Source: a virus
Virus record (IMG/VR): IMGVR_UViG_3300047471_000466
Span: 15,248 to 79,247 of that record
Direction: 5' to 3' (one strand)
Length of the DNA stretch: 64,000 nucleotides
Shown: in pieces, positions 1 through 9,347 of the stretch
How positions within the stretch are numbered: the first letter of the stretch is position 1
Layout of the letters: the number at the start of each line of letters is the position of its first letter
Translations under genes and position numbers: made by a program
The notes under the pieces: generated by a model
Databases searched by the model: none
The model's input: the letters and a program-made list of their open reading frames with translations, nothing else
Told to the model about the DNA's origin: nothing

Positions 1-128
1 GCGCCAAGAAACTAATTATCTGGCACGACTATACCGACCTTGAAGCAAAGCCGTTTGTTGACTTTCTACGTGGGCACCTGTCAATTGTTCATCGAGTAGG
101 CACCAGTGTCGCCTTTGCTAAAATATGA
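1..128 (+). CDS. C-terminal fragment of a probable class I SAM-dependent methyltransferase (5'-truncated by window edge)
   Basis: Open frame from nt 3 to TGA 126-128 reads ...AKKLIIWHDYTDLEAK...; IIWHDY resembles the Methyltransf_24-type motif; ATGA overlap with the next gene. Confidence 0.45.
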   Translation, partial: AKKLIIWHDYTDLEAKPFVDFLRGHLSIVHRVGTSVAFAKI

Positions 129-835
129 AAATCCTTACCGTCTCGAATAAAATTCCAACCGCGCCCTATTACTGTTGGAAGGCGTTTCACGAAAGCCTGA
201 AACGATTTGGGTTTGAAGCCATAGTCTTAGGGATGGGCGAACACTACGGCGGGCTTATGACAAGACCGCGGAAGGCCCGAGAGTGGTTACGAGCAAACCC
301 AAGTCATGAAGTTATCATCATCTGTGATTCGTGGGATATTGTGTTCTCTCGGAGCCCAGAAGAAATTTGGGGGGCTTATCAAGATATCTGGGGGGATGGA
401 CAGCTTGTGTGGAACGCGGAAAAGACTTTCTTTCCGTATGACCCCACACTAGATTTTCCCGATCCGGGAACTCCCTATCGTTATTTGAATTCCGGTTTCG
501 CAGTCGGACCGGCCAGCGCCCACTTGCAACTACTGGAAGCTCTTAATCTCGATTCGATTCCTGACGATCATAAAAACGAGAAAGGCGAACAAATCAATCC
601 CTTCGAACAACCTCTGGTCCAGAAAGCGTATGTGGATAATGTGATCCCCATGGCTCTCGATTCACATGTTGAGATTTGCCAATGTTTACACGCGGTTACT
701 CCGGCAGAGTTGGATTTCTCTGGTGAACAAATACGGAACACTATTACAAACACGTACCCGATGGTATGGCATATGAACGGCCAGAAAGAACTATGGAGAG
801 AACAAATACTAACCAAACTCAATTTACCTAAATGA
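125..835 (+). CDS. Glycosyltransferase homologous to the GT domain of PLOD/LH3 procollagen lysyl hydroxylase-glycosyltransferase
   Basis: Motif order IICDSWDIVF...LVWNAEKTFFP...YRYLNSGFAVG...LD...ICQCL...NTYPMVWHMNG parallels PLOD GT (FTDSYDV / LFSAE..CWP / RFLNSGGFIG / LD..IFQNL / P.V.HGNG). Confidence 0.75.
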   Translation: MKILTVSNKIPTAPYYCWKAFHESLKRFGFEAIVLGMGEHYGGLMTRPRKAREWLRANPSHEVIIICDSWDIVFSRSPEEIWGAYQDIWGDGQLVWNAEKTFFPYDPTLDFPDPGTPYRYLNSGFAVGPASAHLQLLEALNLDSIPDDHKNEKGEQINPFEQPLVQKAYVDNVIPMALDSHVEICQCLHAVTPAELDFSGEQIRNTITNTYPMVWHMNGQKELWREQILTKLNLPK

Positions 836-1014
836 AAAACTCACCTTTGATCATACTCTACGTCTGGATAAGCGTATTATTTATTTGGATAGGCGCGCTA
901 TTTCTCAATCGCTGCGCTCCTGAGTGTTGCCCCGGCGCTATCGCCTCAGGAATTTCGGCGTTCATAATGTGGATCACTGCGGGTAGTATAAAATCTATAA
1001 GACAAGGTAAGTGA
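832..1014 (+). CDS. Small two-TM membrane protein
   Basis: Two hydrophobic stretches; 4-nt overlaps with both neighbours. Confidence 0.6.
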   Translation: MKNSPLIILYVWISVLFIWIGALFLNRCAPECCPGAIASGISAFIMWITAGSIKSIRQGK

Positions 1015-1916
1015 ACCTTTATCATCATACCGGCGATCTCGGTGACGTAATAGCCTCGTTCCCAGTTTTAAGAGAACTTGGGAAAGGAAAGTATGTTATC
1101 AGTGATGCCAAATTTCCGCTAGGACACGGACCAAGAGAGACGCTGAGAGGAGCTAGATTCGAGGCGCTGCAACCAATGTTCGAAGCTACAGATTACATAA
1201 CGGATATCGAGTGGCAGAACGCTCCTGAGGGCATAACTCACGATGTTGCTTCGTTTCGAGGAAAGCCGTGGAAACTATTTGAAACACTAACACAGTGGCA
1301 GGGCAGACATTTCAAATTAGATCTACCCGCTGCTCCCGATCCTTGGTTAAAAGTTGACGCAGAGAAACATGGTAAAATCGTAGTCAGCCGAACTCAACGA
1401 TACCACACTAACTTTTTTCCTTGGCGATCAATCGTCGATGCTTACGGAGACGACATTGTATTCGTGGGAACGCATCCGGAATACATGGATTTTGCGGGTC
1501 GAGCCAAAAGAAAAATCGAATACGCGCCTACAGAAAATTTACTCCAAGCTACTAAGATCATCGCAGGTTCCCGACTATTCATCGGCAATCAATCCGTTCT
1601 ATTCTGGATAGCTGCAGGACTAGGACACAAACTTATACAAGAAACTCATGCTCAACTCTACACTCGAAACTCCATTGTTCCTCGTGATAACGCTTTCTAT
1701 TCTGATAACACTGACAATATGGCCAAAATTTATTCCGAACTGGAACTGGACCCCGAAGAACTCCAAGAATACCCCGTCCCACTACCAAAGGTAAATCTAA
1801 GCACTAGCGCGGGAGACTTTAGAAAAAACATGTCCACCTCGGCGGAAATATTCCAAGAGGTAGAGCAACTAGGAATTCATGGCACAGACGAAGTTCGCGC
1901 ACCGAGCAGATGGTGA
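1011..1916 (+). CDS. GT9 (heptosyltransferase-like) GT-B glycosyltransferase
   Basis: N-terminal GDLGDVIASFP and C-terminal IIAGSRLFIGNQS..FWIAAGLG match GT9 motifs (IGD / FIGNDSG..HLAAALG). Confidence 0.7.
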   Translation: MNLYHHTGDLGDVIASFPVLRELGKGKYVISDAKFPLGHGPRETLRGARFEALQPMFEATDYITDIEWQNAPEGITHDVASFRGKPWKLFETLTQWQGRHFKLDLPAAPDPWLKVDAEKHGKIVVSRTQRYHTNFFPWRSIVDAYGDDIVFVGTHPEYMDFAGRAKRKIEYAPTENLLQATKIIAGSRLFIGNQSVLFWIAAGLGHKLIQETHAQLYTRNSIVPRDNAFYSDNTDNMAKIYSELELDPEELQEYPVPLPKVNLSTSAGDFRKNMSTSAEIFQEVEQLGIHGTDEVRAPSRW

Positions 1917-2154
1917 ATGGTTCCCGATTCCGTGGGAACATTGGACATTCAACTGTTGCACTTGTGGACTTGCGCATATCGCAAGCTTCAATGTAATCGG
2001 GGGACAATTATTCATTAGAACATGGCGAGATGAAGACACGACAAGAAAAGCGGAAAAAGCTATACAAAATTCAAGAAGGCCACGCCGAGGTTCTTGCGAC
2101 TGCTCTGGAAAACTTCCGGTCAGCCCTGGACGGAAGCGCGACCGGAACAGGTAA
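1879..2154 (+). CDS. Small putative Zn-binding phage protein
   Basis: CCTCGLAH motif; the C-terminal tail overlaps the helicase start by about 125 nt. Confidence 0.5.
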   Translation: MAQTKFAHRADGEWFPIPWEHWTFNCCTCGLAHIASFNVIGGQLFIRTWRDEDTTRKAEKAIQNSRRPRRGSCDCSGKLPVSPGRKRDRNR

Positions 2155-3358
2155 GACGATAGTAGCGGCGACGTTGGCGGCGGACAATAATTTACCTGTA
2201 TTAGTGGTTTGTCCCAAGTCTGGGATTACCATGTGGGAAAGGGCTTTAAGGGCGCAAGGCTGTAAAAGTCCGAGCGTCGTTAACTACGAGAAACTCCGCA
2301 CAGGTAAAACAATATTCGGACATTGGGCAGACGGGTTTAACAAAACATGGTTATGGAATTTGCCTACTGAAACGCTGATCATTTGGGACGAGGTTCAGAA
2401 ATGCAAAGGCATGAATACTCAAAATGCTCGCATGCTTTGGTCCGCAAAGCCTTATTATAATCTTTGTCTAAGCGCCACAGCCGCCGAGAATCCCACGGAC
2501 ATGAAAGCTCTGGGCTCTATTCTTGGAATCTTCAACATGCGAAACTTTTGGTTCTGGGCGAAGCAACACGGATGTCGGAACGGGTATTTTGGTGGGCTGG
2601 AGTTCTCAGGGGAAGACACCGACCTCGATAAAATTCACAAAGCCATTTATCCGATGCACGGTTCCCGCTTGTCTCTGGCAGACATGGCCGATCACTTTAC
2701 CGAAACTCAGATCATTACCACGCCCATCGATTTTGGCGAGAAGGTGAAAGAACTTTACGCGGAAATGGAATACGAGTTAGGAGAACTGGCAGAGAAGAAA
2801 ACGTATGATTCTACCGACAATGCCCTAACAATTCGTCTTAGAGCTAGACAGAAGGTTGAGTTACTAAAGGTACCGACCATGTTAGAGATGACTTTGGATC
2901 TTTTGGCGGAAGGGAGATCAGTAGTGCTGTTTGTAAATTTTACTCAAACTCTCGAAGCACTGAAGGAACGTCTTACAGAATACCCCACAGGAATTATCGC
3001 GGGCGGCTATGTAAAGGATCGCCAGAAATACGTGGACGAATTCGCGGCAGATAAACTTCGCGTGATGATCGCCAACATAGAAGCTGGGGGTACGTTGTTG
3101 AATCTGCAAGATCAAAGAGGCGAGTTTCCCAGAACCGCGCTGATTAGTCCGTCCGACAAGGCGATGGACGTTCTACAATGCATTGGGCGCATTCATCGAG
3201 CCGAAGGAAAAACCCCAACTCAGCAACACATTCTATTCGCCGCGGATACAATTGAGGAAGAAGTGAAAGAAAACTGTGATGAGAAAATTAAGAACATCGG
3301 GATCATGAACGCAGGGTTGACAGATCCGAAAATCGAAGCAAGTGTATCTATACAGTGA
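2030..3358 (+). CDS. Superfamily 2 (SNF2/DEAD-like) helicase
   Basis: Walker A GTGKT, Walker B WDEVQ, motif III SATA, motif VI QCIGRIHR. Confidence 0.9.
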   Translation: MKTRQEKRKKLYKIQEGHAEVLATALENFRSALDGSATGTGKTIVAATLAADNNLPVLVVCPKSGITMWERALRAQGCKSPSVVNYEKLRTGKTIFGHWADGFNKTWLWNLPTETLIIWDEVQKCKGMNTQNARMLWSAKPYYNLCLSATAAENPTDMKALGSILGIFNMRNFWFWAKQHGCRNGYFGGLEFSGEDTDLDKIHKAIYPMHGSRLSLADMADHFTETQIITTPIDFGEKVKELYAEMEYELGELAEKKTYDSTDNALTIRLRARQKVELLKVPTMLEMTLDLLAEGRSVVLFVNFTQTLEALKERLTEYPTGIIAGGYVKDRQKYVDEFAADKLRVMIANIEAGGTLLNLQDQRGEFPRTALISPSDKAMDVLQCIGRIHRAEGKTPTQQHILFAADTIEEEVKENCDEKIKNIGIMNAGLTDPKIEASVSIQ

Positions 3359-4497
3359 AAGAGAGAATTGACGATTCGGGCCAAGCTCACGCTACATTTG
3401 CTCCGTCGTCGCTGTCCAATTTTGAAAAGTGCCCAGGATTTCGCAACCGTTCCGAAGGCGGAGTTGGCGCAGAATCAGCGGAACGTGGAACCAGAATCCA
3501 TAAAGCTTTAGAGAAAGATTCAATAGACGATCTTACTGATGAAAAAGAAAAAGGACTCGCCCAAATTTTTAAAGATTACATTGACTCCGTCATACAAGAA
3601 AACCTCCCCACTCTCCCTGCGATTGATAGACGAGAAGTCCGGCTTACAATGGACTTGGGAGGGGGCCTTAAAACCTTCGGAACTTGTGATCGTCTTCTCA
3701 TCTACGGATCTCTCGGAAGAATGTTTGACTACAAAACAGGATTCAGAGAAGTGGCCGATGCTGAAACAAATGCACAAGCTTGGTGCTATGTTCTGGGGGC
3801 GTTTGAAAAGTATCCGGAACTTGAAACGATTGAGTTCACGTTCTTAGTTCCTAACAGAGATGAAGTTCTTTTTCATACTTTTAAACGCGGCGATCTTCCT
3901 GATATTCGGCTACGACTTAATACTATCATTCGTAGGGCTATGGCTATTGATTGGTCTAAACCCGTCGATCCCGATAAACTTTCTCCACAGCCATCTCTTT
4001 GCGAATATTGCCAATATCAAGCATCCTGCCCAGCACTCGCTGCCAAAGCACTGAAAGTCGGCGCGGCGCTCTCGCCCGGATTACCCGTGCCAGACTCAGT
4101 GCTTATAGACCCGAAGCGTCCGGAAGACATTCCGCACCTGTTACGTTTGGCCCCGCTTCTCGAAGCATGGGCGAAAGGTGTCCGTGAGGAGGCGCTTCGG
4201 TTAAATTTAGAAGAAGGTTTGGACGTTCCCGGATTCAAGAGAATCGAACGTAAAACGCCTAGGGGCGTCACCTCAGTTGCGGGCGCGTATAAGGCAGTCA
4301 AGGACATTATTCCTTTGGATGATTTCCTTATCGCCTGTGCCAAGGTATCCATCGTAGACTTGGAAGACTACTTCGCGGGATTAGCGACGCGAGGCGGCAA
4401 GGGAAAAGCGCGACAAGAACTTGAAAACAGACTCCGTTCAGCGGATGTTTGGAAAGACGAAGGTAAGATCTACTACCTCAAAGAACTAAAATCGTAG
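3355..4497 (+). CDS. Cas4-like PD-(D/E)xK nuclease (DUF2800-like phage exonuclease)
   Basis: HATFAPSS..CPG, AERGTRIH, GTCD, FDYKTG, Q..CY, C-terminal CEYCQYQASCP; typical position upstream of SSB and PolA. Confidence 0.85.
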   Translation: MKERIDDSGQAHATFAPSSLSNFEKCPGFRNRSEGGVGAESAERGTRIHKALEKDSIDDLTDEKEKGLAQIFKDYIDSVIQENLPTLPAIDRREVRLTMDLGGGLKTFGTCDRLLIYGSLGRMFDYKTGFREVADAETNAQAWCYVLGAFEKYPELETIEFTFLVPNRDEVLFHTFKRGDLPDIRLRLNTIIRRAMAIDWSKPVDPDKLSPQPSLCEYCQYQASCPALAAKALKVGAALSPGLPVPDSVLIDPKRPEDIPHLLRLAPLLEAWAKGVREEALRLNLEEGLDVPGFKRIERKTPRGVTSVAGAYKAVKDIIPLDDFLIACAKVSIVDLEDYFAGLATRGGKGKARQELENRLRSADVWKDEGKIYYLKELKS

Positions 4498-4519
4498 ATA
4501 ACCAATAAACCAATAAACT

Positions 4520-5293
4520 ATGGCAAAAACATCATTCGTTAAAAAAGAACCAGAAGATAATATCATTGAGGGGGAAGTAGTGGCACCTACGACAGCAGTC
4601 GTTCCTAGAGCGGAACAGGCAATCGTTAAATCCAACGGAAACACGGCATTTCAGGGAGATTGGAAAGTCTCCGATATGCGGTTCCCGAGATTGAACCTCG
4701 TTCAGAAAGTCAGCGACGGGGAACTAATCCAGAACTTTGGGATCGGTTCGTTCACGTTGTCTAAGGAAGTCAAAGTAAGCAACGGCGATCCCGTTCCAGT
4801 TGTATTCCTAATGGCGATGAAAGACTACATTCAGAAGGTGCCTTTCGGTTCCGGAGAATCGCCAGCAGTGTTCCGCACCGAGCAGGAAGTTCTTGACTCA
4901 GGCGGCTCTTTGAATTGGAAAGACAAGGACACAGATCACTTCTTCCAGCGCCGAGCGCATATTGAGTTTGCAGTCGAAGCGCCGGAAGGTCTCGATGAGA
5001 AAGATCTCGCGCTGTTCCCTTACGAATTCGACGGTAAATCCTACGCCTTGGCGGTCTACACGGTAGCCTCGTCAGCGTATACCAGCGTAGCAGTGGAGCT
5101 TATGACCCTGTGTGAACGGAATAAAGTCATGCGTAAAGGCCAGCAATATGGTCGCCTTTTGCTTAGCAGCAAGGATGCGAAGTCGCAAGGGAAGAGTTGG
5201 AAAACTCCAGTAATTAAATTTGACGGTGAGAACTCTCCAGAGTTTGTAAAATTCCTGGAAGAGATTGAACCGAGAATTGTTGTAAACGCCTAG
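4520..5293 (+). CDS. Probable ssDNA-binding/annealing protein
   Basis: Lies between the exonuclease and PolA; FPRLNLVQ..S motif; followed by a stable hairpin. Confidence 0.55.
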   Translation: MAKTSFVKKEPEDNIIEGEVVAPTTAVVPRAEQAIVKSNGNTAFQGDWKVSDMRFPRLNLVQKVSDGELIQNFGIGSFTLSKEVKVSNGDPVPVVFLMAMKDYIQKVPFGSGESPAVFRTEQEVLDSGGSLNWKDKDTDHFFQRRAHIEFAVEAPEGLDEKDLALFPYEFDGKSYALAVYTVASSAYTSVAVELMTLCERNKVMRKGQQYGRLLLSSKDAKSQGKSWKTPVIKFDGENSPEFVKFLEEIEPRIVVNA

Positions 5294-5303
5294 CAGCCCA
5301 ACA

Positions 5304-5329
5304 GGGAGGGGCGGTTCGCCGCCCCTCCC
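5304..5329 (+). terminator. GC-rich hairpin with UUCG loop (terminator or mRNA stabiliser)
   Basis: gggaggggcgg-ttcg-ccgcccctccc, perfect 11-bp stem just after the stop codon; U-tract is weak. Confidence 0.55.
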
Positions 5330-5337
5330 ACTCTCTT

Positions 5338-5889
5338 ATGAAACTAATAGGAATCTGCGGAAAGAAAGGAAGCGGCAAAGATACCGCGGGAGCGGTATTA
5401 GCGGCGGAAGGATATCATCAGGTAGCTTTCGCCGAGGCGTTGAAGCTGATGATGGCCCGCCTGTATGAGTATCTGAAGCTCGATTCAGTTACCGCCAGCA
5501 AAATGATTTTCGGCGACCTGAAAGAAATGCCGGTTCCGGAACTGGGCGGGCACTCCACTCGTTACGCCATGCAGACGCTAGGGACTGAATGGGGAAGGCT
5601 TTGTCTGGACAGGGATTTATGGGTGAACATCGGCATAGCGAAAGCGAAGCAATACGACAAAGCGGTCATCACCGATGTACGATTTCCCAATGAAGCAGAG
5701 GCGATCAAGGAACAAGGCGGCGTTATTATCCGAGTGTTACGAGAAACGTCTGATAAGGCGAAGGACGAGCATGCTTCGGAAATGATTGACAACATTGTCC
5801 CAGATTATTTCGTGGACAATAATGCATCGCTGCAAGATCTCAAGGGAAAAATTTTAGAAATAGAAAACGAATATGCGCGAAGGAACTGA
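5338..5889 (+). CDS. Deoxynucleoside monophosphate kinase
   Basis: IGICGKKGSGKDT P-loop, FAEALK, RYAMQTLGTEWGR, ITDVRFPNE, HASE (T4 gp1-like family). Confidence 0.9.
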   Translation: MKLIGICGKKGSGKDTAGAVLAAEGYHQVAFAEALKLMMARLYEYLKLDSVTASKMIFGDLKEMPVPELGGHSTRYAMQTLGTEWGRLCLDRDLWVNIGIAKAKQYDKAVITDVRFPNEAEAIKEQGGVIIRVLRETSDKAKDEHASEMIDNIVPDYFVDNNASLQDLKGKILEIENEYARRN

Positions 5890-6400
5890 TAAATACGACG
5901 ACTCAAAAGACGGCGGGTATAGCTACGGAGAGAAACTTAAAATGGCAGCAGAGGGCATGTTAGACCCCCAAGAAATCGGGTTACCGAAAGACGATGCGGG
6001 AATCAAAGCGGCTCAGAATGAATTGAAGCCGCCAACAGTTATGAAACTCGGGGACTTCGTTACATTCGAAGCGTCGGTAGTGCCCCCACAACTACGGGCT
6101 CATTGGGCTTGGCAAGACTTGGCGGTTAAGCCGTCCGAACATATGAAGGCTTGGGAAGCGGAATGGTGCGCCGATCATAAAAACGAACACGCGATCCAAG
6201 GCCTGTTGCATAGTGGAGCCTTGGCTGCAAAGGTCGGCCAGCTTTTCACGGATCCAATTTTAGGGTTCGTAGACCTGATGCGGAAAGCCGCGGATATCTT
6301 GGAACAAAAATACAAGGAACTAAAAGAGAATGATCCAAACCCCATTATTACAAGGGACGAAGCTGCGCAAGAGGAAGCGAAGCGAATTACGGGAGCGTAA
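5873..6400 (+). CDS. Hypothetical protein
   Basis: 175-aa ORF overlapping the upstream stop within the operon. Confidence 0.7.
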   Translation: MREGTDKYDDSKDGGYSYGEKLKMAAEGMLDPQEIGLPKDDAGIKAAQNELKPPTVMKLGDFVTFEASVVPPQLRAHWAWQDLAVKPSEHMKAWEAEWCADHKNEHAIQGLLHSGALAAKVGQLFTDPILGFVDLMRKAADILEQKYKELKENDPNPIITRDEAAQEEAKRITGA

Positions 6401-6507
6401 TTTCTATTCCTCTGTGAAAGGGCAACGAGGCGGAGTGAAAGATTTTTATGGGAAAATTTACGCGGTTAATACGGACGGATCATTGAAACGCTTGAGTCCT
6501 AGACGAC

Positions 6508-6684
6508 ATGAAGAAAACTGAAAATCCGCTACCTCAAATATTGCACGACTACTTTAGAACGCTGCGCTTTAACCCTAAACATCATTTAGGTCTCGGGGAT
6601 ATCCGCTTAACTCTCGGTCAACAAGACCAGTTGGTGGTATTGGCAGAAAAGTATTGCCACAGACAAGGAACAAGTTTAACATGA
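6508..6684 (+). CDS. Small hypothetical protein (58 aa; not in the ORF track)
   Basis: ATG 6508 to TGA 6682-6684, MKKTENPLPQILHDYF...; fills a gap in the operon. Confidence 0.45.
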   Translation: MKKTENPLPQILHDYFRTLRFNPKHHLGLGDIRLTLGQQDQLVVLAEKYCHRQGTSLT

Positions 6685-6690
6685 CAGAAT

Positions 6691-6796
6691 GGAATCCCTC
6701 ATGCTGGTGTCGTAGGAAATCTACGGACGGGTTGCGACAGCAGATTCTGTCTTGCTGTATCGCCTCTTCTTGCCTTGTGAACGCTTGAGGGATTCC
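6691..6796 (+). promoter_or_regulatory. Structured leader element upstream of the DNA polymerase gene
   Basis: Perfect 11-bp closing stem ggaatccctca/tgagggattcc enclosing two further hairpins; ends 13 nt before the polymerase ATG. Confidence 0.5.
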
Positions 6797-6809
6797 TAAT
6801 TTTTACTAA

Positions 6810-8582
6810 ATGAGCAATCACGTTTATGCTATCGACTATGAGACCTTCTATACCAAGGAGTATTCAATTAAACATCTTGGAAACTGGGCCTACACCCACC
6901 ATGAAGAATTCGACGCCTATCTCCTCGCCGTCACAGGAACTGACGGATACCGATGGGTTGGAAATCCAAGCGACTTTGAATGGGATATACTACGAGGACA
7001 GGAACTTGTTGCTCATAACGCAGGTTTCGAACTTGCGGTTACCGAAAGACTTAAAGAGCTTGGGATCGCGCCCAAAGATTTCACGCACGGGCGGCTATAC
7101 GACACTGCGGACCTTACCGCATACCTTGGTTATCCCAGGAGTTTAGAAAACGCAGTCCAATATTTGTTAGGCGAGAAGATCAACAAAGATGTTCGCGCTA
7201 ACATGCAGGGCAAACGATTCGAAGAACTTCCCGCAGAAGAGCAGGAAAAAGTTAGGCTCTACGCTCAAAGTGATGCTGATCTGGAACTCAGATTGTGGGT
7301 AGACCACAACCACAAATGGCCAGAACATGAACGACTACTCTCAGAAGAAACAAGAGAGATGTGTTGGCGTGGGCTACCGACTGATGTTGATAAAGTCAAC
7401 AAGGCGATCAAAGTCCTCGAACACAAACTTCTTAAAGCCAGAACCATTATACCGTGGGCTCGCGAGCCGGATGCACCAATACTTTCGTTACCCAGAGCAG
7501 CACAGGAAGCAAGAAAACATGGAATCGCACCACCGAAAAGTTTTGCTAAAGACAGTGAAGAATTTGAACAATGGCTCAAAGAACATGGAGAGAAATTTCC
7601 ATGGGCCAAAGCTTTAGGAGAATACAGAAGTGCAAACAGACTATCAAAAACATTTCAGACACTTAAAGAAAGAACTGACGAAGGAGGGGTGTTCCGCTAT
7701 GGTCTTAAATATGGCGGGGCTCACACATTACGAGATAGCGGGGATGCAGGATTTAATGTCCAGAACCCCCCGAAGGAGTCTCTATTTGGTTGCGATCTTC
7801 GAGGAGGAATGCTCACCGCCCCAGAAGGATATATCCTTTGTATCGCGGATGAGAGCGCTATTGAACCAAGAGTCTTATCGTGTCTCTCCGGAGACGAAAA
7901 ATTAAGAGAGATGTTGGCCGCGGGCACAGACCCTTATGAGGCTCAAGCCAGAATTGCGCACGGGTACACTGACACTCGGCCACTAAAACTTGTGGATCCG
8001 TTACGCCGCCAATACATGAAGGTTGAAGTTCTGGCTTGTGGTTATGGAGCAGGAGAAGAGAAGATCCAACTAATCGCTAAGCGGCAGGTAGGATTGGAGC
8101 TTTCGTTAAACGAAGCAAAGAAAATTAAAGAAGGTTTCCGGAAGCGGCGCTTCATTCCCGAATTTTGGGAACGTCTTGAACGAGATTGTCGCAAGTCTGC
8201 GCCGGGAAATTATGAGATCGACCTTCCCAGTGGAAGGACAATGCTTTATCGAGACGTTAAAAGCTTCGGTTCGATTAGTGCGGTTATCCCGCGGCTAAAC
8301 CAAATGATGCGGGTCAAGCTTTGGGGCGGAACTTTGACTGAGAATGTTTGTCAAAGTTTGGCGAGGGATATCTTCATGTATCATATCATGGAAATCAAAA
8401 AACAGTTGTCGTTAAACGCTTTACTGCGAAGCCATGATGAGGGTGTTTGGTTACTGAAAGAAGATACCGCGGAACAGGATTTCAAAAATATTCTTTCAAT
8501 CATGCAGACCGCGCCCGAGTGGATGCCAGACTTCCCTGCTGCCGCGGAAGGCAAACTCAAGAAAGCCTACTGCAAAATATGA
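6810..8582 (+). CDS. polA: Family A DNA polymerase with 3'-5' exonuclease
   Basis: Exo I AIDYET, Exo II AHNAGFE, motif A IADESAIEPRVL, motif B RQYMKVEVLACGYG, ENVCQSLARD, motif C SHDE. Confidence 0.93.
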   Translation: MSNHVYAIDYETFYTKEYSIKHLGNWAYTHHEEFDAYLLAVTGTDGYRWVGNPSDFEWDILRGQELVAHNAGFELAVTERLKELGIAPKDFTHGRLYDTADLTAYLGYPRSLENAVQYLLGEKINKDVRANMQGKRFEELPAEEQEKVRLYAQSDADLELRLWVDHNHKWPEHERLLSEETREMCWRGLPTDVDKVNKAIKVLEHKLLKARTIIPWAREPDAPILSLPRAAQEARKHGIAPPKSFAKDSEEFEQWLKEHGEKFPWAKALGEYRSANRLSKTFQTLKERTDEGGVFRYGLKYGGAHTLRDSGDAGFNVQNPPKESLFGCDLRGGMLTAPEGYILCIADESAIEPRVLSCLSGDEKLREMLAAGTDPYEAQARIAHGYTDTRPLKLVDPLRRQYMKVEVLACGYGAGEEKIQLIAKRQVGLELSLNEAKKIKEGFRKRRFIPEFWERLERDCRKSAPGNYEIDLPSGRTMLYRDVKSFGSISAVIPRLNQMMRVKLWGGTLTENVCQSLARDIFMYHIMEIKKQLSLNALLRSHDEGVWLLKEDTAEQDFKNILSIMQTAPEWMPDFPAAAEGKLKKAYCKI

Positions 8583-8947
8583 AGCGAGCCCGTGACCAGA
8601 AATATGTGGACCTTGTATTCGATCATTATGGGCGCAAGTGTATATGTTGTGGGGAAGAAGAACTTTTGTTTCTAACCTTGGACCACATAGATAACAATGG
8701 AGCAGCGCACCGAAAAGAAATTGGAACAAAGAACTCGAAACATGGATGCAACGGAACGGCTTTCTACAGATGGGTTGTGCAGAACAATTACCCAGATTTT
8801 TTACAGACCCTTTGTTCTAATTGCAACCACGGGAAACACAGAAACGGCGGAGAGTGCCCCCACAAAAAGCAGACGCCGACCGCCGAGGGAGAAGAGGGTC
8901 CGTCAGACCTACAAGTTCCTCCACTAGCTAATCAACGTCTGCAATAA
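8579..8947 (+). CDS. Free-standing HNH endonuclease
   Basis: CICCGE...LTLDHIDNNG...LQTLCSNCN; start revised to ATG 8579, which gives an ATGA overlap with the polymerase stop. Confidence 0.85.
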   Translation: MKRARDQKYVDLVFDHYGRKCICCGEEELLFLTLDHIDNNGAAHRKEIGTKNSKHGCNGTAFYRWVVQNNYPDFLQTLCSNCNHGKHRNGGECPHKKQTPTAEGEEGPSDLQVPPLANQRLQ

Positions 8948-8957
8948 AATCTAAGAT

Positions 8958-9347
8958 ATGAAAATCTACATAGCAAGTCGGTTTGCCGACAGAGAACGAC
9001 TAAGAAAACACGCCCATAAAATCTGGGACTTGGGGCACGAAGTAACGTCCTCATGGCTGGACGAAGTGAAGAAAGCTTCGGGCATGAGCCACGACGAGTT
9101 CTGGACAAAGCTGGGGCGCAAGGATTTACAGGAAATTTGCGCTAGTGATTTGCTAATCCGTGACGTTCATGATATAAGCTCGACCGGCGGCGCTGATACA
9201 GAATACGGTTTCGCTTTGGCTCGCCATCAGCATTGCCTGATTTGGTTGATTGGGCCAAAGCGGAACGTGTTCCACATGCTGGCGGACAAACACTTTAAGA
9301 ACTGGAACGAAGCACTGAAAGAACTGGAGAAATATGCCATACATTAG
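8958..9347 (+). CDS. Nucleoside 2-deoxyribosyltransferase-like protein
   Basis: KIYIAS, DLQEICASD, GGADTEYGFALA fit the NDT/Rcl-like pattern. Confidence 0.7.
   Translation: MKIYIASRFADRERLRKHAHKIWDLGHEVTSSWLDEVKKASGMSHDEFWTKLGRKDLQEICASDLLIRDVHDISSTGGADTEYGFALARHQHCLIWLIGPKRNVFHMLADKHFKNWNEALKELEKYAIH

Noticed and set aside
3355-4497. Cas4-like nuclease as a sign of CRISPR-Cas
   Set aside because: No repeat-spacer array or other cas genes were seen; this family is a normal part of phage PolA replication modules
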